Shown here piece after piece: positions 1 through 12,720 of a DNA stretch of 64,000 nt. Each line of letters opens with the position of its first letter. Within the stretch, counting starts at the first letter, position 1. The notes under the pieces were generated by a model. That model ran no database searches, was not told the origin of the DNA, and was given only the letters and a program-made list of their open reading frames with translations. Where the stretch lies: contig CM059431.1 in NCBI GenBank assembly GCA_030390025.1, positions 130,512,001 to 130,576,000 on the forward strand, read 5' to 3'. The stretch comes from Squalus acanthias (lineage: Eukaryota). Made by a program: the position numbers and the translations under genes.

Positions 1-878
1 CAAATCTGCAAAGGCTGGTGACATTGACTTCTGTTGTGAGAGCCTGGCTTCAGTGACACTGGAGATGGCTACGCTCTCCAAGGTAGACTGCAGAATGTTG
101 ATCCCCTGGTAGATGACACCACACGGGCTGGAAGCGGACTCCTTCACACTTTCAACCTTTGTGGTGAAAGTCCTTGGTAGGCCTTCCAATACCTGATATA
201 ACTGCTTGCGCGAAGCAAGCAGTTTTGTTCACATCTCTGTCCTTCTCCACAGAACTGGAAGAGGACCTCGCCCTCTGGCAAGCTCTCTCATGGACTGTCT
301 CTGCTACCAATACCTGCTGTTGCTCACTACTGCTGAGTGCATTACCACATACAGATCTCTCTAATTCTCTAACTCATCTGGGGTTGCCAATCCCTGTACT
401 GGTGCCTCCTCACAAGGATTCTTCTTCTCTGAGTTGCCTTCTTCTGCCAGCTGCAGAAGTTGAGAAGGACCTAGAGGAAAGAGAAAAGGAACAAAAGTTA
501 GCATGGCAATGAGAGATTAGATAGTGGCAGATGACAAGCATCACAATGCAACAATGTAGTCAAGTTGCTTGATAATGCATTTTTCAGAGGTTTATGGCAG
601 GGTGCAAGTAATCAGAGATCCTGTTCAGAGAAGTCTCTGGCTTCAAAATCTCCTATCCTGACAGTCAGGAGGGGCCACTAATTTCCAGCATTTGCTGCTC
701 CAGTTCAAAGAGGTTCATGCTGTTTCTGGTGCTCCCCTAGTCTTAATCTTCTCCCTTGTGTTGTGCGCTGTCTTGTCCTACAGAGGTCATGATGTAGAGA
801 TGCCGGCGTTGGACTGGGGTGGACAAAAATGAGAAGTCGCACAACACCAGGTTATAGTCCAACAGATTTATTTAAAAT

Positions 879-914
879 TACAAGCTTTCGGAGCTGTCGC
901 TCCTTCTTCAGGTA
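879..914 (-). ncRNA. Minimal type I hammerhead ribozyme motif
   Basis: Exact reverse complement of the motif at 1292-1327. Confidence 0.75.
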
Positions 915-1291
915 GGGTAGCTGTGAGAGAATCTCCCAGAATTCACAATATAAACACAGAAAAAATGTATTCCAATCTTTCCCTACATCAAAGACACACT
1001 AAGAGCACAGCCAAGACAATGAGATGTGTCCCAGGGGGTCCAACGTGTCAAAACACCTGCTGGCCGCATATCCTCTCCATTTGGGTTTGGTTCTTGTGTT
1101 AGTTTTTTTTTTAAAAGCTGGAAAGACCGGCCATGATGTCAAGTCACGTTCTGTATCGTGACATGAACCCGATATCGCGATTGAGGCCATCCTCATGAGT
1201 GCGGAACTTGGCTATCAGTTTCTGCTCTATGATTTTGCGTTGTCGTGTATCCCGAAGGCCGCCTTTCTGGGAGATTCTCTCACAGCTACCC

Positions 1292-1327
1292 TACCTGAAG
1301 AAGGAGCGACAGCTCCGAAAGCTTGTA
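1292..1327 (+). ncRNA. Minimal type I hammerhead ribozyme motif
   Basis: TAC-CTGAAGA-A-GGAGC(GACA)GCTCC-GAAA-GCTT-GTA: CUGAnGA and GAAA cores, 5-bp helix II, palindromic AAGCTT helix III, TAC/GTA helix I. Confidence 0.75.
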
Positions 1328-1744
1328 ATTTTAAATAAATCTGTTGGACTATAACCTGGTGTTGTGCGACTTCTCATTTTTGTCCTACAGAGAGAGAGGG
1401 CAAGAGTTAGTGAGTGTCTTCTACAAAGGAGAGTACAAATGTGTGGGGGTTTTGCATGCTGTGTAGATGTTGAGAGGGAGAAGAAGCAAGCTGGAATCAG
1501 AATGGGGAGGTGTTGAATGAAAAGCATGAGTGTGAAATGTGAATTGAGGAAGGAGCCATGAAGGGAGCAAAGATGAGGTGAGTGTCTGTTTGTAATGAAA
1601 ATGGCAGATGGCATTGTGTGTCCTTGTGCTGGGTGATGAAGGATGTGATGAAGTGGAGGGAATTGTTGAGAGTGGTATAGTATGAGGGAAGGTCTGTTGC
1701 TGTGTCTTGTTGAAAGAACTAGAGAAATGAAGAGTTGTACTCAC

Positions 1745-1935
1745 GCTTGCTACTCTTGTGAGGTCATTGAGCTGCTTCCTGCACTGCATCCAGGTCCTGA
1801 AGCTGACAATCTCAGCATTCATTTTCCATCCCTCCTCCCATTGACTGGGAAGAGAACATCCCTCCTCTCCCTGACCTCTTCCAGCAGGACTTCCAGGGAG
1901 GCTTCAAACAACCTGGGAACTTGCCTCTGACTCAT
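1745..1935 (-). pseudogene. Exon 1 of Harbinger Myb/SANT-like DNA-binding protein (degraded)
   Basis: ATG at 1935, W-x-QCRK-x-x-NDL motif, GTGAGT donor immediately after 1745. Confidence 0.7.
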
Positions 1936-3476
1936 TGAAGCAGTTTCTTCTGCCACCACTCCAAAGCGAAATCTTGCAGTGCACGAGGAGGCTGTGCTTC
2001 ACAAGGCAGGCTGTTGCTGAACTATGTAGCCTATTGCAGCAGGACCAGAGGGGCTTCGAAGTTTGGTGTGCCACCCGTTGTGTTGGCCAATCAGGTTAGA
2101 AACCTGTCTGTGAGATTATAATGAGGCCTGGGAGTTAAAATTCCCCAGGCCTGTTTAATGGTGCAGTGGGTGACTTTCTAATTTGCCTCGTCGCCCACCT
2201 GCTCAAAACCTGCCCGGAATTAAAATCAAGGCCAATATGTGGAATTAGGGCCACATCTGTTGAAAATAGTACCCAAATCTGTCTTCTATGGAACAAATGT
2301 AATTTAGTGAGTATGAATGACTGACAATTTTTATTGTTCAAATATAACATGTTAGAAATTCAAGATTAGCAGGCTTTTGTCCGAATACCAAAACAAGCAT
2401 AAAAAGCTTTCTGTTTCCATTACCAGACTGCATTTGTTTACCCTGAAACCGTAGGTTACTTTTGATGTCTATTTTAGGATGTGGAGAACATATGTTCACT
2501 GATCTAAGATCAATACTGAGTTAGAGTTAGTCAGCCGGGAAACACACCATTAGCTTTTGATTTTTTAAAAAGAAAACCCTAGGTTTCCTCGGCTGCTTCG
2601 GTACTGACACTGTCTTCTGATGTGACTGCATCTACTTTCAGGGCTGTGTCTTGAGCCCACCCTAGAGCCAATCTAGAGCACCCCACCACCCAAACCACAG
2701 CCACAAGGAAAAATTATACTGGTTGAGTGTCCAATGAACTCTCGCTGGTAGCAGGTGTGACAGAATTTGTTTTCTTGATTTAGCTTTGCCAAAGCTCCTT
2801 TAATTGAATTACAGTGCATTAGGGTTACAAGACAGCTAGATTCACAGAAATCCTTTCCCACCCTAAATTGTTAGAACAGTTGCAATTATTGTTGAGCTAT
2901 TTGTGGAAAAATGTATCAAATAACTGACAAACAAAACATATATGGGATTTTTAATCTTTTAGAATGAGTTTTTTCTCCATAATACCATTGTGATATTGCT
3001 CCAGTAACAAAATTGTTTCCTAGAAACTTCAAAAGGCTTCTCATCTTTAAACAGTTGAAGTAATTTCCAATAAGGCATCTCTTTGACAAATCAGTTTGGG
3101 AATCATTTAATGTGAGAACATAAATCATGGAAGCAGAAGATATGCATGCTGGGAAGAGAGTTCCACACTGTTTATGCAGGAAGGCATGAAGTGTTCAATT
3201 TATTTCAATAGCAGAGACATAGCGCCAGGTTCCCACTGGGGTTTCACTCACTCCAGTTATTTGGAAAACAGATTTAGGATATGGTTTGTGATTTTAAGCA
3301 TCCCTATGCATAAATGTAGTTGTAATAAGATGAGGTGGTGGTGGCAATCTGAAGCGCAGGCATGTTTAGAATAACTATTGACAAGCAGCTATTTGAAAAG
3401 ACTTTTCATTGTAAATCAGAGCACAGCAAAGGGCTAAATTAGGTATCTTAATGGCTTGTGCATAAGCTAAAAGACA

Positions 3477-3577
3477 AAATAAAAACAGAAAATGCAGGAA
3501 ATACTCATCAGGTCAGGCAGCATCTTTGGAGAGAGAAACAGAGTTAACATTTCAGGTCGTTGACCTTTCATTAGAAC
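3477..3577 (-). mobile_element. Penelope-like pseudo-LTR fragment (second family) with degenerate hammerhead
   Basis: Closely matches 57262-57360 and 56761-56858; core mutated to CTAATGA. Confidence 0.7.
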
Positions 3578-3629
3578 AGGTTAGTTAGAAATTCATTGTA
3601 AATCAGTGGAGGGTGTCCACTTTACATAT

Positions 3630-5810
3630 TTGTTTTTTGATTTGTTCTCGGGATGTGGGAGACGCTGGCAAACCTGCGTTTATTGCATAACCCTAGTTAC
3701 CCTGACATCGTGCTGGTAAGCCTTCCTCTTCAATCTCTGCACGCCTTGTGGTAACGGTGCTCCTACAATGCTGTTAGATATGGAATTCCAGGATTTGGAA
3801 CAATTAACAATTAAGGAACAGCAGCATCTGTTCAAATCAGGATGGTGTGTGACTTGGAGGTGATGATGCTCCCACAACATAGCTGCTTGCACGGTAGTAG
3901 AGGTTGCAAGGGAGGGAGGTACTGTTGAAATAACCTTGGCAAGTTGCTGCAGTACATCCTGTTGATGGTACATATTACATAAGAACATAAGAAATAGGAG
4001 CAGGAGTAGGCCATACAAGATCATGGCTGATATTCCACTGGAACTCCATTTTCCCACCCTATCCCCATATCCCTTGATTCGCTTAATGTCCAAAAATCTA
4101 CCATTCTCAGTCTTGAATATACTCAATGACTGAACATCCACAGCCCTCTGGGGTAGAGAATTCCAAAGATTCACAACTCTCTAAGTGAAGACATTTCCCC
4201 TCATCTCAGTCCTAAATGGTCGTACCCTTAGCCTGAGACTATGACCCCTAGTTCTTGACTCTCCAGTCAGGGGAAACAGCCTCTCAGCATCTACCCTGTC
4301 AAGCCCTCTAAGAATTTTATACATTTCAATGAGATCACCTCTCATTCTTTGAAACTCCAGAGAATATAGACCCATTCTACTCAATCTTCCCTCATAGGAC
4401 AGCCCTCTCATCCCAGGAATCAATCTAGTGAACCTCTGTTGCACCCCCTCGAAGGCAAGTATATCCTTCCTGAAGGTAAGAGACCAAAACTATATGCAGT
4501 ACTCCAGGTGTGGTCTCACCAAAGCCCGATATAATTGCAGCAAGACTTCCTTACTCTTATACTCCAACCCTCTTGCAATAAAGGCTAACATACCATTTGC
4601 CTTCCTAATTGATTGCTGTACCTGCAAGTTATCTTTCTGTGATTTGTGTATAAGGACACTCAAATCCCTCTGCATACCAACATTTACTAGTTTCATGTTG
4701 TGCTGGTGGTGAAGGTGGTGGACATCGAGCCCAGTGACAGGGCTATCAATCAAGCAAACTGTTCTGTCCTGGATGGTGTTGAGTTTCTTGTGTGCTGTTG
4801 TGGCTGAACCTATCCAAGCGAGTGGTGAGCATTCCATCATACTCCTGACTTGAGTCTTGTAGATGGTGGATAGGCTTTGAGGGGTCAAGAAGTGAGACAC
4901 TCATTGCTGAGTATCCAGCCTCTGCCCTGCTATGTTAGCCACGGTGTCAACATGGCAGGTCAACTTAAGCTTTTGGTCAGTGCTGGATCCCAAGGTGCTG
5001 ATAGTGGGGGACTCGACGATGGTGGTGCTGTAGAAGGTCAAAGGCAGATGGCTGGGATTTCCCTTTTTCAATAAGGTCATTACATGGTACTCATGTGGTG
5101 TGAATGTTACTTGGCACTTGTCCGCCCGAGTCTGGATGTTATCCGGGTCCTTGTGTAGACTGGTACAGGCTGCTTCATTATCGAAGGAGTTGTTAATGGA
5201 GCTAAACACTGGAATAATCAGCATACAGCTTGTCTCCTGACTTGATGATGGAGCGAAGGTCATTAATGCAGCAGTAAAGATTGATTAGGCCAAGAACGGT
5301 TCCCCGAGGAACTCCTGCAGAGATGACGTGGGGTTGTGATGACTGGCCTCTGACAACCAAAACCATCTGTGTTAGATATGACTCCAGCCATTGAAGAGTT
5401 TTCTCTTTGAGCTCCAATGACCCCAGTTTTGTAAGGGTTCCTTGGTGTCATACTTGATGCAATACTGCCTTGATGTCTAGGGCAGCTACTCTCACCTCTC
5501 CACTGGTATTCAGCTCTTGCATTCATGTCTGGATCTAGGCTTTGATGCGGTCTGGACCTAAGTTCTGAGTGTTGATGGGTATATTATTGGTGAGTAGCTT
5601 GATGGCACTATTCATGACTCCTTTTGTCACATTACTGATGATTGGGAGGAGGCTGCTAGGTTAGTAATTGGGTGTGTGAAACTTACCCTGTTTTTTGTGC
5701 ATAGAACATATCTAGGGAATCTTCCACTTTGTTGGGTCGATCAAATGTCATAGCTGCACTGGAACAGCTGGGCTAGGGGATTGGCATCTCTAGTGCACAG
5801 GTCTCCAGCA
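3630..5810 (-). mobile_element. CR1/Jockey-group LINE (CR1-Zenon-like), degraded, interrupted by a CR1 insertion
   Basis: RT motifs GVPRGTVLG, LYADY, LTPQSLSTIYKTQVRSMMECSPLAW; 3' tail at about 3630-3720 matches 16960-17050. Confidence 0.85.
3977..4695 (-). mobile_element. CR1 LINE 3' fragment nested in the older LINE
   Basis: QRDLSVLIHKS...KANGMLAFIARGLEYKSKEVLLQLYRALVRPHLEYC, NLWNSLP; ACATAAGA tandem tail at 3977-3995. Confidence 0.92.
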
Positions 5811-6139
5811 GTAAAACGCCAATGGGCAGTTCCAGTTACAAAGGTATAATATTGTAAGAAGTAAAATTGCTGAGAAGGTTAAGGTTTAAAAAAAGCAGCT
5901 TGAAAGAAGCACTAGATGAATAGAACTGCTCTTGGTTACAGGACATTTGATCTTCAAGTAACATTTAACAGAAATAAAATGATAAAGAAGCCATCCAGTG
6001 TGACGCTGTGAAAACCTTTTTTGAAGAATGTTTGACCGCGTTATATCCTTAATTGGGTATTTACTATTTCAACTAGAATATATTTGAAGTTAAAATACTG
6101 CATTAATAAAAACACTTTTTCTAGATTCGAATCTTTGTT

Positions 6140-6540
6140 CTGTAGTTTCTCCTTTTCTTTCCAAAAGGTGATAGTGCATGCTTGGGGTACGCTGCACGTG
6201 TGCTGGCAGCCCTCGGATATCTTGTCCCAATGGTCATTCCTCTAGTAGAAATCTAAACAGTGGGAGAAGATTTCTTTGTTAACTGTTGGTGGCAAAATTG
6301 CTAAATTTGCCCCCCAATGAGTGTTGGCAGGTTGTTGTCCTCACCTAACATTCACCCATGCATATTTTCAGCTTGGTGCCATTGGATAGCTGTCAGGACC
6401 AGGAATCCTGGCTGATTCCCCTCTCCTCCCTTTCCTTAGGTCAGAGATATTGAGGCAAGTTGTGCTATCCCCTGCTGCTTTGGTTGAGGTCAACTTACTC
6501 AGCAAGGATCAAACCTGGGACCTTGCTAGTTGTTGTATCT
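6140..6540 (-). mobile_element. Old degenerate SINE-like repeat
   Basis: B-box-like GGTTTGATCC on minus strand near 6506-6515; related sequence at about 14940-15130. Confidence 0.35.
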
Positions 6541-6559
6541 CACTACCTCAGACTGTGGC

Positions 6560-6752
6560 ATATTTCATCCTTCATTGTCACTGAGTCAAAATCCTGGAGC
6601 TCCCTACCTAACAGAATTGTTGGAACAACTTCACCACATGGACTGCAGCAGTTCAAGACGATGGTCCGCAACCACCTTCACAGGGCAACTAGGGATGGGC
6701 AATAAATGCCAGCCTTGCCAGCAACGCTCACATTCAAGAATGATCAAAAAAA
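6560..6752 (+). mobile_element. 3' end of the CR1-Zenon-like LINE
   Basis: SKSWSSLPN..VG..SPHGLQQFK; AGGGATGGGCAATAAATG tail as at 18213-18227. Confidence 0.8.
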
Positions 6753-7899
6753 TTGTCCCATCATCCATTGAGAGTAGCCTCTTTACAGCCATTTCTAGTT
6801 AAGAAATCAACCTCATTTGTTCAGTACTACAAGACATCAACTAAAAGTGTAAAACACGAATAAAAGAGCCCAACCGATTTTGTAACCACTAAATTGCTTG
6901 AACTAATTGCACTTGGAGACTCAGTTATTCTTTTCAATGATGCCGATATGAAGGTCAACTATGGTGATTCACGGGGATAAATCTTAGTAAAATATCAGAT
7001 CAGCTGAAAGAAAATATCAAATATAAATGCTAATGAGATGTAGCTTGGGGGACTGTAAAGATAAAATTGATAACATTTGCTATCCTAGACTTATGAGACA
7101 TAATTATCCTATAGTTGGTAATTGGGATACTGGTCATAGTAGTTATAGTGGACTGTAGCCTGGCTTTCCGTACCCCTGCTCCTCCAACCAGTGTCAATGT
7201 AGAGAACTATTGCTATGGCTAAGGAAAGATAAAGAGTATGAGGCCAACCAGCAGACAGCTGCAATAATAGTGTTTATGATATAAAATGAGCATCAAACTT
7301 TGGGCTGGATTTTGCTGTAGAAATAATGGTGAGGCTAACTAACCGTTATTAAAGTATTAATAAGTGATTAAGCACTTTACAGCTTTCCGAATACAACATT
7401 GAGTTTAACAATTTCAGATCATAACCACTGACCCCATTTTTTCCGACAGCAACTGTTGGTAATGATTCAAGTGGGAGTCTTCAGCACTTAAAGCTGTATT
7501 CCCTTCCGAACCTCAAAAAATGGGAACAGTGCTTCAGCACTAACGCAAATAGCTCAGCAAGCCAGGGAAAAGGGCACCCAGGGTCTCGCATGCAGCACTC
7601 CAGCTTTGTGCAGGGGGTCAACGCTGTAAGAGAAGTCCTCTACCCACAGGGGGCCAGGAAGCCCTCCAGAACAGAATTTAACTGCATCCCATATCCCTAA
7701 TGCTTTCCTAGTTTTAGTTTTAGTATTTGGGATCAGTCTTGGCTGGAAACAACAGGAATCCACTCATTAACTCCTGTAGGATTCCACTCAACATCTTCCT
7801 CCCCACACACCCCCGTCCCCGTCTGACATTACGTGACTCTCTCTGTCTCCTATTATTTAACAGCTTCTTATCCAGTCCTATAATTTACCCTGGAATCCT

Positions 7900-8110
7900 G
7901 TTGCTTTTAGTTTAACTATAAGTCTCTCATGTGGAACCTTGTTGAAAACATTTTTAAACTTCAAGTAAACTGTCTCTCTGTCTAGCATCCAGTGATACCT
8001 CTAGGATGATACTCTCTGGTCTCCTGCAGTAGCCTAGGATATATACATCTGGCTCAAGGGATCTTTCAGTGTTAAGTATTAAGTACTTTTAGAAACTTTT
8101 AATTTAATTC
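7900..8110 (-). mobile_element. Very old CR1 RT fragment
   Basis: Minus strand VYLKFKNVFNKVPH resembles VYLDFQKAFDKVPH. Confidence 0.45.
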
Positions 8111-8129
8111 AGAGCACCTCCAGCAATAG

Positions 8130-8478
8130 CTTTTCTCCCCAATCTTGTAATATCACCTACAGAGTGTCTCAAGGATCCCATCCTTGTTTCCGCCTCTTAC
8201 TCATTTATATTTTACCCCTTGACAACATCATCCACAGATTCTACATGTAAATCAGTAGCATCCAGCTCTACCTCTCCACCACCTCTCTCGGCCCCTATAC
8301 TGCCTCAATGCTGTCTGGCTGTATGTCTGACATCCAGTCTTGGATGACCGTTAACTCCTTCCAGTTAAACATTGGGAAGACCAAAGCCACCATGTTCAGT
8401 CCCCGCCACAAACTTTGTACTCCAGCTACTGACTCCATTCCTCACCCAGGCCATTGTGTCAGGCTGAACCAGACCGTT
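8130..8478 (+). mobile_element. L2 LINE RT fragment
   Basis: IQLYLS...LSGCMSDIQSWMTVNSFQLNIGKTKA, typical of the L2 RT C-terminal part. Confidence 0.75.
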
Positions 8479-8802
8479 ATGACAGAAGAATATTTTAGTA
8501 TTATCCTGACCATTTTTAGCTGTACTCTCCTGTACTGTTCTCTTTGCATTTTTTTATATTCACTTAGCACGTTCCTATCTTCCTCCCAAAGTTCTGTTCT
8601 CTTCCCCCCTCCCCCACAGACATCATATAAATTGTTTTACCTTTTACTTATCTATTAATTGACCCCCTCATCCATCTTGGAGACTGCTAATTTAGCTAAC
8701 ATTTCCATTTCCTGAGTGTATACTTACCCTGCATACTCAACATTTGTTTATCCCATGCTTGGATTAAACCAGAAGAGATGGGACAGCTAAACAGGATATA
8801 TT

Positions 8803-9505
8803 GGGCCTGAATTTGCGGTTGGAGGCTTCCCGCGCCGGCAAAAAAACCTACGAGCTTACCTTCTGCCTCGGGATCCACGGAGAATTGAGCTCCTAGGCCT
8901 CTATGTGTCGACATGCGCAGAGGCCCACGTATCTCAGGGGCGCAGGCGGTTCACGAGTGCCCCTGGGATCATGTGGGCCGGCCCAACGAATGACAGAAGG
9001 GAATCCCCATTCATGCTTATGCAGGTTCCGCATGTACAGAAACCCCAAAAGCATGAATGGGAATACCCCAAAAAATACATCTACACATCAAATAAATAAA
9101 ATAAAAACCATCTTTAAAATTAATTAAAATGGCATTTAAATATTTGAAACAAAAATTTAATTTTTTGAAAATAAATTTATATGTTTTAAAGGGGCTAAAA
9201 ATAAACGCACCTTATTTCACAGGTTTTTAAATGTATAAATTATTGAAAAAAATTTATTTTTCTGTTTTTTAAAACTCTTACGCTGGTAAAAGCCTGCTTT
9301 TACCAGGCGTAAGAATTTCACGGGCATTCGCTGGGCAGAAGTTGGGCAAATAGCCCAACTTTCCGCCCACGGATGCCCTTTTCCCGGGGATGTGGAGGAA
9401 TCGCAAGTTCCGGGTTTTAGCGCATGTGCAGCACATGCCTAAACCCGGAGCTTGCGAGGTCCTTACGGGCGCGTGCGCACCTACAGGGGCCACAAATTAC
9501 GACCC
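8803..9505. mobile_element. Non-autonomous Harbinger-like element / MITE
   Basis: Imperfect TIRs GGGCCTGAATTTGCGG / CCACAAATTACGACCC; 3-bp TSD ATT; GC-rich ends with AT-rich core. Confidence 0.75.
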
Positions 9506-9609
9506 ATTGTGATTAAATGTGCACACACAAAGATTCACATAATTACTTCTCCAATGAGAGTAAATTAATTTTGACGTTTTTTAGCTAGTACTCAAGTGCA
9601 CAAATCCTG

Positions 9610-9785
9610 ATATAAAAATAAAAAATGCCTGGCAAAAAGATGGGTTAACATTTCAGTTATAGACTCTTCACTAGAACCTTATCGGAGTTCTGATGAAAGG
9701 TTTATGCCTTACATTTTAACCTATTTTTTTTTCACAATGCTGGCAGCCTTCCTACATATTTCCAGTATTTGCACTTTTTTTCAGT
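9610..9785. mobile_element. Decayed palindromic Penelope pseudo-LTR remnant
   Basis: GTTAACATTTCAG...GAGTTCTGATGAAAGG...TTTCCAGTATTT resembles 56761-56991. Confidence 0.45.
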
Positions 9786-10085
9786 TTGACTCAACTGGTA
9801 CATTCTCACTTTTGAGTTAGAAAGTTGTGGTTTTAAATCCCACTCCAAGATTTGAACACAATAATCCAAGAAGAAACATCAATGCAATATTGAGGAAGTG
9901 CTGCTTTAGTTGGAAGAGATATTAAACTGAGTCCCATCTACTTGTTCAGGTGGACATTAAAGATCCTATAGTACTATTTGAAGAAGAGCAGGGAGTTCTC
10001 CTGGTGTCATTAAGATTTGCCAGTCATTCATCTCATTGCTGTTTGTGGGATCTTGCTGTATGGAAACTGGTTGCACATTTGAAGT
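9786..10085 (+). mobile_element. Degenerate Deu-domain tRNA SINE
   Basis: Head and CAGGTGGACATTAAAGATCC..GAAGAAGAGCAGGG core homologous to 27683-28137. Confidence 0.7.
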
Positions 10086-11013
10086 CCCAGGGGCCAATTT
10101 TAACCTTTGGCAGGGATGAAAAATGGGCGGTTGCAGATTGCCCGTCCATCATACACCCCATCCGATAAAGAAATTCAGGCATGGTTTACAATGGTCAGCC
10201 AATCTGTTTTATGCCCCCGCCAATAGTTAAAATTACCTCCTCTCTTTTTACTTTCATAAATTCAAATGATCAGTTGAAGAATAAGATAATAATACTACAG
10301 TAATGAAATCACATGGCATTAAATATTCTTGTGACCATTTATCCTGGGTCAATGATGGAGTGCTTTTTGTCAGTTGTCACTAGCTGCCCAATCAGGGCTT
10401 CAGATGATCTACAAACCATGGTACAGTTTGAGTGATTTATGACTGTCATCTGAACTCTAAGATTACTGACTTTAAATCGCTCCACTATAGCTCTGTATTA
10501 TTTTATTTGTTTTTAATAATACGTACTGTATTTGTCATTTACAGGATTTCATTTTATACCAACATCAGTTCTCAGTACAGGTGACTGATCAGTGACTAAA
10601 GAATTGACAATTGCATTGTTACTGTAAGTTTACTGAGAAATTTGAATTTAGGAAAGTCTATGGCCAGTTAGTAAATGTTCTTGCAATACAAAGAAAATAA
10701 TTTCACCTTCTCCTCGCATCAGTGCACAATGTCCCCATGCTGTATTAGTGCCATAGCAGCTGTAGAGGCTCTGAGCTGAACAGAAAAACATAGCAGTGGT
10801 CTGGTAGATAGTAACTGAAAAGGCAATAATTTGGTAGGCAATACGAACTGAAACAGCAACACAGAATGTGTATATAAGAAATACAGTAGCTTGGATATTG
10901 TGCTATAAATCTGCAGGAATATCAGGGTTCATTTTCAAGGCTTATGCTTTATAAGGGCCCCTTCGTTCCATCCGAAGCTTATAGTACAATATTACAAGTC
11001 AACAATATTCTAT

Positions 11014-11715
11014 GGCCTGGAGTTTCTGCTAGGTTGTGCTTTTTTTGGCATAATTCCACCAAAATTGCCATAACTGCTGCAAAAGATCCCAGATTTTATA
11101 AGCGCAAATTACTTTTCCGCGATCTTTTGCCCTAGTTTAGAAAACGTCGCACTAGAAGCAGGCCCCCCCCCCCCCCACAACACTAGCCACGCCTTCAGGA
11201 TGAATTAATCACCATTGGGAGTTTCTGTTAATTGTGCTCGTTTGTGGGCCTTTGAGGAGGCTCTAAAAATTAAGCTGCTTCCTTTGGGCGCAAGGCCACT
11301 AATAGGCACGTTTTAAAAGCTTTTGAAGATTTTTTTTTTTAATTTACTTAGAAACTGACTACTGTACCCCAATATAACTAGGAAATGATTCTGTATATTT
11401 TATAAAAGTAATTTTCAGTTATTTAAAATCGGGTTACTCACAGGTGGCGGATTGACACTGATTAAAAATGCTTATTTTTTTGTGATAAACCCATCTTTAG
11501 TTGTATTAATCAAAGTGCAGCTAGTTACCACTCTTAAATATATCGAGGAATATTTTTTAAGCAAATTTTTTTTTAAATGACATTCTAAAATGCTGATTGC
11601 GCTGGTTCATGGCAGATTTTGTGTTTCCCAATATGCAAATGAGTTTGAGCGGAAACTCGAGGGGAAAAAATACTTTTCAAAACGGGCGCAATTCCGAAAG
11701 CGGAAACTCTACCAC
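11014..11715. mobile_element. Harbinger-like MITE
   Basis: GGCCTGGAGTTTCTGC / GCGGAAACTCTACCAC imperfect TIRs; TSD TAT on both sides. Confidence 0.6.
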
Positions 11716-12326
11716 TATGGATAAAAATGAACTAAAAGTTTGTTGCAGAATTATTGTGTGAAACAAGAACTGAGCCTGATAAAAAGAAGCTTAGGTTAGA
11801 GCTGAAATCTCTCAGAGAGAATTGACAATTTTCTGGCTTATTACTTTCTTCTTCCAAGGAACATTATTAATTAAATGATTAAGACTGGAAAAAGCACTTA
11901 AATAGTGGCATGTTGCAGCTGTTCACTTTTCTTTCTTCTAATTCCTACTTTAAAAAGTGTAAATTTTTTACCTAGTTGTTTTATGAAATTTTATGCTAGG
12001 TGTCAATAACATGCAAGAGATGTGCAGCAGCAGTTACTAATGGACATCCCTTGTTAATTCAAAAACAAGACCTGTTTACAAACCTATTTTAGTACTATCT
12101 GAAACAGGGTGGGGATGGGGGAGTTCATTTTCATCTTACTACTTCCTTGTCTTTAAGCATACATGGCTCGATAGCAGGAAAAATGCCCTGTCGCCCTGCC
12201 ACTGGAGGTCCCATTCCAATTTTGCTGGTATTAGATAGTGGTTTTTGAGTACTTAGATTATTTTCAAGTGGCTGTAGTGACTGTATAACTTTCTGAACTC
12301 TTAAGAGGCCATACACTTTTTTGTTC

Positions 12327-12720
12327 ATGGGGATACTTCTGCAATTGGCTAAGGAAGAGAAAGAGGAGAAGCAGCAGCAAGAGGATTGAGCAAACAGAGG
12401 TTCAGCTACAGGAAGATTAGATAAAAAGAGAAACGCTAGCAGGAATCCATTGCCTTCCAACAGAGTGTATAGGCCCAGGACAACTTACCTACGCTTCTCT
12501 GAGGAGTAGTGCATAAATAGGCTGCGCTTCTCTAAGGAAGCTGTCACAGAGTTGTGTCACCTCCTGCAACAAGACCCTCAGCCAACTACCTAAGCGAACA
12601 CCGCATTGCCTGTTGCAGCCATTGAACTCTGCAGATCTGAACTTCTTTGCCCTTGACTCCTTCCAGGCTGCCACAGTGCATTAAGCAGCTGACTGATACC
12701 ATGTTTGTTAGAGCTCGCCT
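12327..12720 (+). pseudogene. Harbinger (HARBI1-like) transposase N-terminal remnant
   Basis: RVYRPR..SEE*CINRLRFSKEAVTELCHLLQQD..TALPVA..LNFFALDSFQ, with stops and frameshifts. Confidence 0.7.

Larger units (their letters stand above)
786..1385 (-). mobile_element. Penelope-like element, 5'-truncated, with inverted pseudo-LTR
   Basis: Perfect 121-bp inverted repeat (821-941 / 1265-1385). Minus 1263-1144 reads GGLRDTRQRKIIEQKLIAKFRTHEDGLNRDIGFMSRYRT* (GIY-YIG endonuclease C-terminus). TSD TTGTCCTACAGAG at 773-785 and 1380-1392. Confidence 0.88.
1..2233 (-). mobile_element. PIF/Harbinger-type element remnant carrying a spliced Myb/SANT-like gene (runs off the left edge)
   Basis: Minus strand encodes MSQRQVPRLFEASLEVLLEEVRERRDVLFP...RTWMQCRKQLNDLTR (Myb/SANT trihelix-like), followed by a GTGAGT donor. 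Homologous to about 61900-63150. Candidate terminus AAAATCAAGGCC ends at 2233. Confidence 0.75.
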
